A stretch of DNA of 64,000 nt, from positions 17,847-81,846 of the forward strand of contig JALWQW010000001.1 in NCBI GenBank assembly GCA_026982895.1. Reading direction: 5' to 3'. Within the stretch, counting starts at the first letter, position 1, and each line of letters begins with the position of its first letter. The notes beneath the pieces are model-generated. The model ran no database searches, was not told where the DNA came from, and saw only the letters and a program-made list of their open reading frames with translations. The position numbers and the translations under genes were made by a program. The stretch comes from Candidatus Micrarchaeota archaeon. GTDB lineage: Archaea; Micrarchaeota; Micrarchaeia; Anstonellales; J096. Positions 9,076 through 17,597 of this stretch are shown here, one piece after another.

Positions 9076-9579
9076 ATGGACTTGTTGTTTCTCTTTTCAA
9101 TTATCATAAACAACGATTTGCTCTACATTCCACTGCTCCTATTATTAGCAACCTTCTTGGACAAAAAAGCAGTCTATTATTTAATAGCGGCAATAATATT
9201 GGTTCTTATACTTAAACCCCTTTTGGCAGAACCAAGACCGTGTTCATTCACTTTTGCTTGCGAACCTGGCTATGGTTTCCCTTCTGGGCATACAACGCTC
9301 ATAGCTGCGATAGCATTTTCACAGATAAAGAGGAAGCGCTTCCTTCCTTTGTTGATTTTAACTCTTTTAGTGGCTTATTCGCGCGTTTATCTCGGCTTAC
9401 ATTCTGTTGGACAGGTTTTAGGAGGCATGGCTGTAGCTGCTTTTCTCATAGAGCTGGATAAAGCGTTAAAATGGACACATAAATGGGAAGAAGAAACTTA
9501 TCTAAGACCTATCTTGCGAAGATTTGGTTTATGCAAATACATTAAACCCATATTGAGGAGGTTTGGCTTATGGAATTGA
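9076..9579 (+). CDS. PAP2-superfamily (phosphatidic acid / polyprenyl-diphosphate) phosphatase
   Basis: PAP2 motifs KPLLAEPRP, PSGHT, SRVYLGLHSVGQVLGG. Confidence 0.8.
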   Translation: MDLLFLFSIIINNDLLYIPLLLLLATFLDKKAVYYLIAAIILVLILKPLLAEPRPCSFTFACEPGYGFPSGHTTLIAAIAFSQIKRKRFLPLLILTLLVAYSRVYLGLHSVGQVLGGMAVAAFLIELDKALKWTHKWEEETYLRPILRRFGLCKYIKPILRRFGLWN

Positions 9580-10124
9580 TTAGGCAATTAATGCATATAT
9601 GGCTGGGCATCTTTCTTTTGGCATTTTATGTATTCTTTGGCAGTTATAGCACGCTTTTACTTGTTGCATTGCTTTTCTTATTGAGCTTATTATTCGTCAA
9701 TTTTTGCCATGTTGGCTGGTGCCCTATAGGTTTGATTAGGTTAGAGCGTCCTCTATTAGGAGTTGGCTTGATCTATTACATGGCAGCCCTCCTTTTCCTC
9801 CTCAGTTATTCTAAAATTTATCCATCTGTGTTTATAGCTACGCTCATTGCTTTGTCTGTGGGTGATTCCTCTGCTACATTCGTTGGCAAGCTTTTTGGTA
9901 AGCATAAACTTTTTGGCCAGAAGACATTGGAGGGCACCATTGCTTTTTTTATAGTAACCTCTCTTGCTTTGCTTGCTGGCGGTTATCCAACATACTTTGC
10001 TATCACAGTGGCATTTTTCTCAGCTTTAATAGAATTGCTTTCGCCAATAAATGACAATATAATTATGCCCCTTGGTACAGCATTCGTTATATATTTAATG
10101 TGTATCCTTCCTATATTTCTGTGA
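9570..10124 (+). CDS. dolichol/polyprenol kinase-like membrane protein (SEC59/COG0170 family)
   Basis: Motif GDSSATFVGKLFGKHKLFGQKTLEGTIAFF is typical of CTP-dependent polyprenol kinases and the CDS superfamily. Confidence 0.65.
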   Translation: MELIRQLMHIWLGIFLLAFYVFFGSYSTLLLVALLFLLSLLFVNFCHVGWCPIGLIRLERPLLGVGLIYYMAALLFLLSYSKIYPSVFIATLIALSVGDSSATFVGKLFGKHKLFGQKTLEGTIAFFIVTSLALLAGGYPTYFAITVAFFSALIELLSPINDNIIMPLGTAFVIYLMCILPIFL

Positions 10125-10133
10125 GGTTGAATT

Positions 10134-10334
10134 ATGGTTGTGAAGGTTATTATAGAAGAGAAGAATATCAACGATGAAATTGAGTTTAGTGGAGAAGTTT
10201 CGTTAATAGCCTTGCGTTATGGTTATTCCATTCAAGAGGTTGTTTTCAAAGTTAATGGTAAAATCGTGCCTGATGATTATGATGTAAAAGATGGTGATGT
10301 TGTCGAGGTTATACGTGTTGTCTATGCTGGGTGA
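10134..10334 (+). CDS. ThiS/MoaD-like beta-grasp (ubiquitin-fold) small protein, C-terminus Ala-Gly
   Basis: 66 aa. The segment VNGKIVPDDYDVKDGDVVEVIRVVYAG mirrors the ThiS C-terminal half. Confidence 0.7.
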   Translation: MVVKVIIEEKNINDEIEFSGEVSLIALRYGYSIQEVVFKVNGKIVPDDYDVKDGDVVEVIRVVYAG

Positions 10335-11203
10335 AACATACACTTATAAATCCTCTGTGTTTTATATCTCTCATGGAAGATGGTGGATTGCTAGGGAATC
10401 CCTTTCTTATAGAAAGCCCTTACAATGAGATAAAAACACTTGCAGATGCTGAGAAGGTTTCAGAGAGAGTGGCTAAACATCTTGGTGAAAAGTGGTCGAG
10501 TCCGCCAACAAACAGAGATTTGGCTATGTTGGAGCACTTATATCTTTCAAGTGTAAAGAAGGTTCTCTATTCTGCCTTTTTCTCAATAGATTTAAGGGGC
10601 TTCACTACTTTAAGCTATTCAAAGAAAGCCAGAGAGCTATCTCAGCTTATAACCAATTTTTCTTCTTCTCTCAGCTCAATAGTCTCCTCATCTGGAGGGT
10701 ATGTCTTGAAGTATATAGGCGATGCTGTTTTGGCATTTTATCCCACTAAAACTCTCGAAGAATCTATTAATAGAGCGTTATTCACTGCCTATACTACATG
10801 GCATTTTATGAGAAATGCCTTTCTAGATTGGGCTGATAACGAGCTTGGCATTAAAACTAATTTTGGCATGGGTATAGATGCTGGCGAGGTTGCGATTGTT
10901 AAATTGGGCAGCCCATCTACAAAGATTTCATACGACTTGATAGGTAAGCCAATAAATGTTTCTGTTAAGCTTCAATCTCTAGCAGAGGATGGACAAACGA
11001 TGGTTACTGAAATCGTATCAACTTTGGCAAAAGAACCTTTTCATTCGGCTATTAAAGAATACACACCGCCAGATACATCCTCTTCTATATGGAGCCGCCT
11101 CTTATTGGCTAAATTATTTAAACCCGCTAAAAAGGGAAAAAAGGTTAAGCTACCTTCAAGCGAGCGAATATTTCAGCTTGACATATCTGCTTTGAAAGAA
11201 TAG
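10331..11203 (+). CDS. class III nucleotidyl (adenylate/guanylate-type) cyclase domain protein
   Basis: Motifs FFSIDLRGFTTL, GGYVLKYIGDAVLAFY, GMGIDAGEVAIV, GKPINVSVKLQS. Its GTG overlaps the TGA of the upstream Ubl gene (GTGA). Confidence 0.75.
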   Translation: MKHTLINPLCFISLMEDGGLLGNPFLIESPYNEIKTLADAEKVSERVAKHLGEKWSSPPTNRDLAMLEHLYLSSVKKVLYSAFFSIDLRGFTTLSYSKKARELSQLITNFSSSLSSIVSSSGGYVLKYIGDAVLAFYPTKTLEESINRALFTAYTTWHFMRNAFLDWADNELGIKTNFGMGIDAGEVAIVKLGSPSTKISYDLIGKPINVSVKLQSLAEDGQTMVTEIVSTLAKEPFHSAIKEYTPPDTSSSIWSRLLLAKLFKPAKKGKKVKLPSSERIFQLDISALKE

Positions 11204-11246
11204 CAAATCCTAAGGGCTTTAAACCCTTCTTTTCATTATAGCGCTC

Positions 11247-12206
11247 ATGAAGTCAAAAGCCTACGGTAAATATAAGAACACCAAAGGCCTTACAAAAAAT
11301 AAACAATTTGATAAGGCGACGGCTGTTCGATTAGTGTTGGCAGTATCATTATTTTTAGGAATAGTTTTAGTCCTATTCTTTTCAGATGTTGGCCATTCTA
11401 TTGGCTCATGCGTCGCTGTTGTTCCTATAAATGGCGAGATAAGCATGGAGGGCCAGCCTTCTTCGCTATTCTCACCAGGCACTCCAAATGCTGCTGATAT
11501 AGCCGCTGCTATAAAGCGCGCCTCGAAAAAGCCCAATGTCAAAGCCATTGTTTTAGAGATTAACAGTCCAGGAGGCAGCGTTGTAGGAAGCAGACTTATA
11601 AGGCATGCTATTGATGAATCTGATAAGCCTGTCGTTGCGTATCTCAGCGAGATGGCTGCTAGTGGAGGTTACTATATTGCAAGCGGCGCTGATTATATTG
11701 TCAGCGACCCAAACACGATAACAGGCAGTATAGGTGTTTTAACGATGTTCACGGATGCAAGGGAGTTGCTGAAGAAAATAGGTGTAAATGTTACTGCTAT
11801 TACTACAGGCGAGCATAAAACAATGGGGGCTTTCTTCAAGGGTTTGAGCCCTAGCGATAGGCAGATTGTCGAATCATTGATAAATGAAACTTACCAGGAG
11901 TTCGTTCAGGTTGTTGAAGAAGGCAGAGGAGATAGACTCAACAGGAAAGCTTTCTTGGCTATAGCTGATGGCCGGATTTTATCGGGCAGGCAGGCTTATA
12001 AAATAGGTATGGTTGATAAGCTCGGTTATGAAGAAGACGCTCTAAAAGAAGCGGCGAAGCTTGGCAACATAACTGTCCAAGACGATGAAAATATCCCAAC
12101 ATGCCAAATCCGCGTCGTGGCAGGTGCTTCATCGCCCTTTGGTGATGTAAAGACACCTTTTGATGGCTTGGTAAAGGAATTAGGTGGGGGGATAAAATTC
12201 ATATAA
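11247..12206 (+). CDS. sppA: signal peptide peptidase SppA (36K type)
   Basis: N-terminal TM. Motifs INSPGGSVVGS and AASGGYYIASGADYI. Confidence 0.85.
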   Translation: MKSKAYGKYKNTKGLTKNKQFDKATAVRLVLAVSLFLGIVLVLFFSDVGHSIGSCVAVVPINGEISMEGQPSSLFSPGTPNAADIAAAIKRASKKPNVKAIVLEINSPGGSVVGSRLIRHAIDESDKPVVAYLSEMAASGGYYIASGADYIVSDPNTITGSIGVLTMFTDARELLKKIGVNVTAITTGEHKTMGAFFKGLSPSDRQIVESLINETYQEFVQVVEEGRGDRLNRKAFLAIADGRILSGRQAYKIGMVDKLGYEEDALKEAAKLGNITVQDDENIPTCQIRVVAGASSPFGDVKTPFDGLVKELGGGIKFI

Positions 12207-12685
12207 TTGAGGGGATTCTTCTCCTCCTTCCAGCTTATTTCGCAAATGCAACACCTGTTGTTATAGGGGGCGAGTTGCCTTTAGATGAATTGTTGGGTTT
12301 TAGACTCTTTGGTAAAAATAAATCTCTACTGGGATTGATAAGCGCCTTCTCAGCTGCTGTTATTATATCTGCGTTTTTAACTGAATCCCTCCATGTTTTG
12401 GATAAGCCTTCTTATTTCTTTATGGGCGTCGTTTCAGGGCTGGGAGCTATCGTCGGCGATTTGTTTGGAAGTATTTTGAAGCGCCTTTTGAAGATAAAGG
12501 AAGGCCAACCATTTTTCACAGACCAAATAACCTTCATACTCTTCGCTTTAATCGGTTTGTATTTGATAGACCCAAATGTTCTACCATTATGGTTATCTGC
12601 TCTTTTGCTAATATTCTCTGCTTATCTTCATCGCTTTATGAATGTGCTTGCGCATTATCTTAAACTCAAAAAAGTACCGTGGTAA
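12206..12685 (+). CDS. carS: CDP-archaeol synthase (CarS, DUF46); start codon unresolved
   Basis: The conserved N-terminal motif ILLLLPAYFANATPVVIGG lies upstream of the first canonical start (TTG 12275). C-terminal GDLFGSILKR...KKVPW is typical of CarS. Confidence 0.7.
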   Translation: MEGILLLLPAYFANATPVVIGGELPLDELLGFRLFGKNKSLLGLISAFSAAVIISAFLTESLHVLDKPSYFFMGVVSGLGAIVGDLFGSILKRLLKIKEGQPFFTDQITFILFALIGLYLIDPNVLPLWLSALLLIFSAYLHRFMNVLAHYLKLKKVPW

Positions 12686-12741
12686 TTTAACTTCGCCAAA
12701 AGAGGAGAAAATTAATAAAAAAGAAAAAATTGCCTTTAGCT

Positions 12742-13407
12742 TCACTTTCTTGGCAGATACTTCATCATGCTGTTTGCTATGCTGCTCATAGCATAGGTTC
12801 TTACAAGCACTTTTCCGGGCCCGGTTATCTTAAAGAAAAAGGCTTCACCACCAAACAATTTACTCTTCAATCCCTTGCCCAAAATAATTTTTTCTATATC
12901 CATATTGGAATGGCAACCGACGAAGTTTGCATTATCTACCAATATTGTTTCTCCTTCATTGAGCGTTGCCTCTAAAATCTCACCCTCTCCGCTTATATAA
13001 AGAGTTCCACTTCCACTTGCCCTTTGGAAGAATAAACCTGAACCACTCAAAAACGCTGTTGCACCGCCGAATTTTGAGCTTATCTCTATCTCTCCTGTAT
13101 GAGCTAGATAAACGCCGTCTCCTAGAAGATACTCTTCATTATCAAGTTTTAACTCCTTTATGTCTGATGGGAAGTCTGGCCCTAAAATTACATGTGCTTT
13201 TCCCTTTGCCGTTATTGTATTTATGAATGCGCTCTCTCCTCCTGCCATTCTCATTAAGCCGGACATTAAGCCTCCCATTTCAGAAGTTACCTCTATTTCG
13301 CCTAGAGAGCTTATAACAGCGCCGGGCTGTGCCTTTATACTTTCACCTTCTGCCATCTCTACCTCTAAAATTTTACCTATACTTACTTCTGTTACTTTCA
13401 CTTCCAT
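12742..13407 (-). CDS. AIM24/DUF124-family protein (TIGR00266-like)
   Basis: Length and beta-rich pattern fit, for example GESIKAQPGAVISSLGEIEV and GSGTLYISGEGEI. Confidence 0.7.
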   Translation of the reverse strand: MEVKVTEVSIGKILEVEMAEGESIKAQPGAVISSLGEIEVTSEMGGLMSGLMRMAGGESAFINTITAKGKAHVILGPDFPSDIKELKLDNEEYLLGDGVYLAHTGEIEISSKFGGATAFLSGSGLFFQRASGSGTLYISGEGEILEATLNEGETILVDNANFVGCHSNMDIEKIILGKGLKSKLFGGEAFFFKITGPGKVLVRTYAMSSIANSMMKYLPRK

Positions 13408-13429
13408 GCTGTCCTTTGAAGAGAAATCC

Positions 13430-13786
13430 TTAAAATACCATCTCTACTTTTTGACCCTCCTTTACAGGAGCGCACGCTGCTAATTCTAGTGCATATCCAT
13501 ACTCTTTTTTCGAACATTGCTCTCTCAAGCTGTTTGGTTTTAGCACATATTTTTCTTTTACTATAAAAAAGCCTGCCTTTTTATCTTTTTCTAGAAAGAG
13601 AAGCTGTAGAGGGAAATTAACAAAGGGCATCCAAAAGCAGGCGCGCTTTCTCTCGAATACAAACAATAAGCCTTCACATTCCGATGGCTTTTTGGCGAAC
13701 ATATACCCTCTAGCTCTATCAACTATGCTTTCGGCGATTTTTATCTTAATATGGTTTTTACCGATGCGCACTTCTCCTGTTTTCAT
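13430..13786 (-). CDS. DUF192 (UPF0127/COG1430) protein
   Basis: Motif ARGYMF...EGLLFVFE....FWMPFVNFPLQLLFL matches the DUF192 signature. 4-nt overlap with the upstream ATPase gene. Confidence 0.7.
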   Translation of the reverse strand: MKTGEVRIGKNHIKIKIAESIVDRARGYMFAKKPSECEGLLFVFERKRACFWMPFVNFPLQLLFLEKDKKAGFFIVKEKYVLKPNSLREQCSKKEYGYALELAACAPVKEGQKVEMVF

Positions 13787-16071
13787 TTCACTTGCTCCTC
13801 TTCTTTTTCTTTCATATATCTCGGTAACTCCTCTTTTAAGAGCGATTTATAAGCTTCATTCCAATTAGCCATAGCTTTCACAAAATCGACATTTCCTGTT
13901 TCATCTTCTAACGAAATCATAATCCTATTTGCTATTGTGTTGGCTTTAAGGAAGAAATCTAGATGAACGAGCTCCTCTAAATCATGCTCAACCGCTGCTT
14001 TATAAACATCGTAGAAGACTTTCCCTTTATAGAATGCTTGAATGATGTACTGCTCCGGTTTAATGCCTGTCTCTTCGCTTCTCTTTTGCAACAATGGTGG
14101 GACAAACTTCAATGACAGCGTATCGATTATTTTTCCTATATCTAAATTATCCCAATCACGAGTGCTCGCTTCTGGATTTTCCACAAATAAACATTTTATT
14201 GTTGAGTGGTCTATATCTTTCCCACGACTGAATTCAAAGACCTTTTTGAACTTTTTCTCTTCTCTATCACTCTCAAATTCATAACCAAGAACTCTATACA
14301 ATCTACCTCTCCTACCAAACCTTACTTTTTTCAAGAATGTATATCTATCTGTGGCAAACATGCTAGCGGCAGGAATACCAAAGACAAGCTCTAAACGGTC
14401 TCGTATGTCGCCGAGACTCTCAGCGTGTAGGTTGTAGAGTAAAAAGACACCTGGCTGAGTGTTGAGGAGGTTAATAATACCTTGCATTGCTATTCTACTT
14501 CTGACTTCATTTATGATAAGTGCGGCGTCACCCATACGGAGAAGGGCGTTTGCCATGCTAACTAAATCCAGCTCACCGCTTGTAGATGGCCCCTCCCTGT
14601 CTGATGGTGCAACCTTGGCTGCGCCTATGTGGAAGCCGCGCTTTCTGTAAGCTCTTACAGGTATCTCCCATATATCCTGAACAGGAATTATACGCTTATT
14701 TGGTCCTATGGCGGCTATTTTAGCAGCTGTAAAGCTTGTTTTACCAACACCTTTAACACCTAAAACAGCCTCACTCGTGCCGAGGGTTACCATCACATCA
14801 TCATAACCAGCAAAAAAAGGTGTAAATGATTTGTACCAAAGATATTGAGCATATGTAAATGGCTCTTCAGCTAAGAGACGCAGGGCTCCTTGTAACTCAC
14901 CAAAGGTTGCAGGAGGTCGTTGGAGATGAGCTCTCAAAGCCAAGCGCTTTACGACGACATCCACAACAGGGTGCATTCCATCAAATTTAGCCCCCTTTGA
15001 ACTGAATACTGCGTTTTTGAAAGCCCTGTCTAATATCTCGCGCGGGTATCTATACAGAGTGTGCATTATGCCAAATTCTTTGTGGTCTATATAGATGGGT
15101 GCGTTTTCGGCGTCGATGTAAATATCCGTTACATAGCGCCTGTCTAAAAATATGTCCTCCATTGGCGCTCCCATGCCTACAACCCAATTCACAGCTTCTC
15201 TTGCCATGATAACCGCTTGATGGGGTGTGATTTTTATATCTCTCTCGAGAGCTTTTTCCATTATCCACTGCTTGTATTCGTTCATTTTCAACGCATATAT
15301 GACATTCAGGTCTTTATCTACAAAGATGTTTTTGAGTTCGCCGTCAATGAGCTCTTTCAAGAGTTTTTTTGCTTCTTTTGGCAGGGCTTTCAGCGTTGGC
15401 TTTTCCATTACATAATAGCGCATGTCCTTTTCTGTATCTTCGTAAATCTGAACATCTATGTCATAAGGCAAACGATATTTACCTTTAGGGTCTTTAACAG
15501 GCTTCGCTTCTTTTGGCAGCTCCATTGTAAGCATGTCCATGAAGAACATGCTCTTCAATCCTATGAGCGTTAGAAACGCAGCCCTCAGGTTCGTCAGTTT
15601 TTTTACGAGCTGGAAGAATTTTGTGGCCTTGTATCTTTTCAGAATACCCCTTACCCAGCCCAAGAAGAGCTGCTGTCCTTTCAGGAAAACTGCTTTTCCC
15701 GGCGGTGGTTCTTGATACTCCTCAAGCACTCGCGCAGCTGTTAGGGGTTGGGTATAAGCATACTCTAAAAATCTCTTCAATAAGGCGATTCTTTTTGGAT
15801 ACTGAGGGTCGGAAGGATGCCCATAAATCTCTTTGCGCATGCGTATGCCCTCTACATTTGAGAGAACATGTGCGTATTCTAGAAGTATGGCTGTTTTCTC
15901 AGGGCTCAATACAAAGCTTAATTCCTCCTCATATATTATCTTCTTTATTGGCTTTTCCAATGCAACCAAATCTCTGATGTGGAAGTCGATGAACTCTGGC
16001 GTTGCAAATCCGAAGGAACACCTACCCATATCTACTACGCCGATATCTCCCTCTATGACGATATTACACAC
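13783..16071 (-). CDS. large GspE/VirB11-superfamily secretion ATPase with about 400-aa N-terminal extension
   Basis: Walker A GVKGVGKTS. LRMGDAALIINEVRS parallels LRMRPDRLIVGEVRN of the 6167 ATPase. His-box LYNLHAES. Confidence 0.8.
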   Translation of the reverse strand: MCNIVIEGDIGVVDMGRCSFGFATPEFIDFHIRDLVALEKPIKKIIYEEELSFVLSPEKTAILLEYAHVLSNVEGIRMRKEIYGHPSDPQYPKRIALLKRFLEYAYTQPLTAARVLEEYQEPPPGKAVFLKGQQLFLGWVRGILKRYKATKFFQLVKKLTNLRAAFLTLIGLKSMFFMDMLTMELPKEAKPVKDPKGKYRLPYDIDVQIYEDTEKDMRYYVMEKPTLKALPKEAKKLLKELIDGELKNIFVDKDLNVIYALKMNEYKQWIMEKALERDIKITPHQAVIMAREAVNWVVGMGAPMEDIFLDRRYVTDIYIDAENAPIYIDHKEFGIMHTLYRYPREILDRAFKNAVFSSKGAKFDGMHPVVDVVVKRLALRAHLQRPPATFGELQGALRLLAEEPFTYAQYLWYKSFTPFFAGYDDVMVTLGTSEAVLGVKGVGKTSFTAAKIAAIGPNKRIIPVQDIWEIPVRAYRKRGFHIGAAKVAPSDREGPSTSGELDLVSMANALLRMGDAALIINEVRSRIAMQGIINLLNTQPGVFLLYNLHAESLGDIRDRLELVFGIPAASMFATDRYTFLKKVRFGRRGRLYRVLGYEFESDREEKKFKKVFEFSRGKDIDHSTIKCLFVENPEASTRDWDNLDIGKIIDTLSLKFVPPLLQKRSEETGIKPEQYIIQAFYKGKVFYDVYKAAVEHDLEELVHLDFFLKANTIANRIMISLEDETGNVDFVKAMANWNEAYKSLLKEELPRYMKEKEEEQVK

Positions 16072-16080
16072 AGTTTTCCC

Positions 16081-17442
16081 TCATAGGTGGAAATACCTTT
16101 CGTATTCATAAGCTGTTGGCCTGTAATTCGCCTCCTTGTACTCTTTAAGATGCAGGCGCGTGTATGCGTAAATTATATCCTCTGTGAATATATCGCTTAA
16201 AAATTCGCTGTCGCTTTCCAACGCTGTGAATGCATCTATGAAGCTGTATGGCATCTCCTTTGGTTTTTTCTTTGAAGCTAGCGATGGACTCTCTTTATAC
16301 ACATGGCCTGACTTTTTCTTCTTTATTCCATCCAAACCTGCGGCGATGATTGCAGCGAGAGCTAGATATGGGTTTGCTAATGGGTCTGGGAATAAAAGTT
16401 CTATAGAGAAATCTCTGCTTTTATTAATATAAATTGCATTGTGATTATCTCTTAAACCTGCTGAAATGTATTTTTGCAGCACCCACAATCTTTTATATGA
16501 GTTTATCGTTGGATTTGTGAATATGCTTATTGCTGGCAGATGGTCTAATATGCCGCCGATGAAATAGTATCCTTCTTGGCTCAATCCGAATTCATCTTCC
16601 TCGTCGCTAAAGATGTCCAGCCCTTTCCTCAAAGCTCCAAATCTAATTGCGTAATCATTCGGCGAGGATTCTGCAAAGGGCAAAGCCATGAATGTAGGCA
16701 AAGCCATGCTAACCATCCCCACATATCTAGAAACCATCTTAAGGCTTGCAAAGGCATCCGCCCCTTTCAATGCATCCATCTCATCCAAGTTTATGTATTG
16801 CTGACTGCCGTTTGCTTTTGAATGGCCGTGGTCTGAGGAAGGATAATTAAAATTGCTCTCCATAACATCCACTACTTGCTGCCTCAAAGAGGAATAAGTA
16901 TCATTAGGGTCGGCGGCGAAGCTTACAGGCGAAGCGCTCTTCAAGCTTGATGGATTTTGAGTGCTTTCTTTTGTAGGCAAATTTATGTTTTGCGAGCCTT
17001 CTCTAACATCTATGCTCGCCCCGTCTACGAAATAAAACTCTATTTTCTGCCTTACATTTATTTGGGCATCAGTAGCGTTTTCAAAGGCCTCCATGACCCT
17101 CTCTAGGGGATATGTAAAATCTTTCAAATACCTCTCGTTGTCCTTTTTTATACGCGCTATCATGCGGGCTCCTGTTGGCGACCATGGTAGTTTAGAATAA
17201 GTTTCTCCTCTCAATGCCAGCTTTATGTTATCCCAATGGCTGGGAGGTATCTCGCTGTATGTGTCTGGCGAGAAAACTCCAGACATCTCCTTAGCTTCAA
17301 TACCCTCCGTAAAGCTCCTTGTCGTTATTTTTGAGAAATTAACATGCTTTGCCTTCAAATTCCCGTTGATGTCCGGGAATTGGACTTCTACCCATTTTAT
17401 TGCGTCACTTTCCAATTTATCTAAAACCTCTTCTGGAAGCAT
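16081..17442 (-). CDS. glutamine synthetase-like protein, apparently divergent at catalytic positions
   Basis: N-terminal beta-grasp VEVQFPDINGNLK. Conserved NSYKRLW and FPDPLANPYLALAA. Other catalytic segments look substituted. Confidence 0.7.
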   Translation of the reverse strand: MLPEEVLDKLESDAIKWVEVQFPDINGNLKAKHVNFSKITTRSFTEGIEAKEMSGVFSPDTYSEIPPSHWDNIKLALRGETYSKLPWSPTGARMIARIKKDNERYLKDFTYPLERVMEAFENATDAQINVRQKIEFYFVDGASIDVREGSQNINLPTKESTQNPSSLKSASPVSFAADPNDTYSSLRQQVVDVMESNFNYPSSDHGHSKANGSQQYINLDEMDALKGADAFASLKMVSRYVGMVSMALPTFMALPFAESSPNDYAIRFGALRKGLDIFSDEEDEFGLSQEGYYFIGGILDHLPAISIFTNPTINSYKRLWVLQKYISAGLRDNHNAIYINKSRDFSIELLFPDPLANPYLALAAIIAAGLDGIKKKKSGHVYKESPSLASKKKPKEMPYSFIDAFTALESDSEFLSDIFTEDIIYAYTRLHLKEYKEANYRPTAYEYERYFHL

Positions 17443-17597
17443 ATTTTCACCATCGACTTTTGAGGAGAGACCTTTTTTAAGCTTTTCTAAAAAGACGGCA
17501 TTTTGTTATTATTAATGATTTGGTATTTACATGAGCTCCTCAGCCTGCCTGTCATTCATCATAATCAGCGATCACTTCCATCATCACAGGAGCCCAA

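Noticed and set aside
13783-16071. Multiple 60-118-aa ORFs in other frames and strands within the 762-aa ATPase gene (e.g. 15217..15573, 15621..15977)
   Set aside because: They are nested inside a long ORF with clear ATPase motifs, and their Phe/Leu/Ser-rich composition is typical of antisense AT-rich coding DNA.
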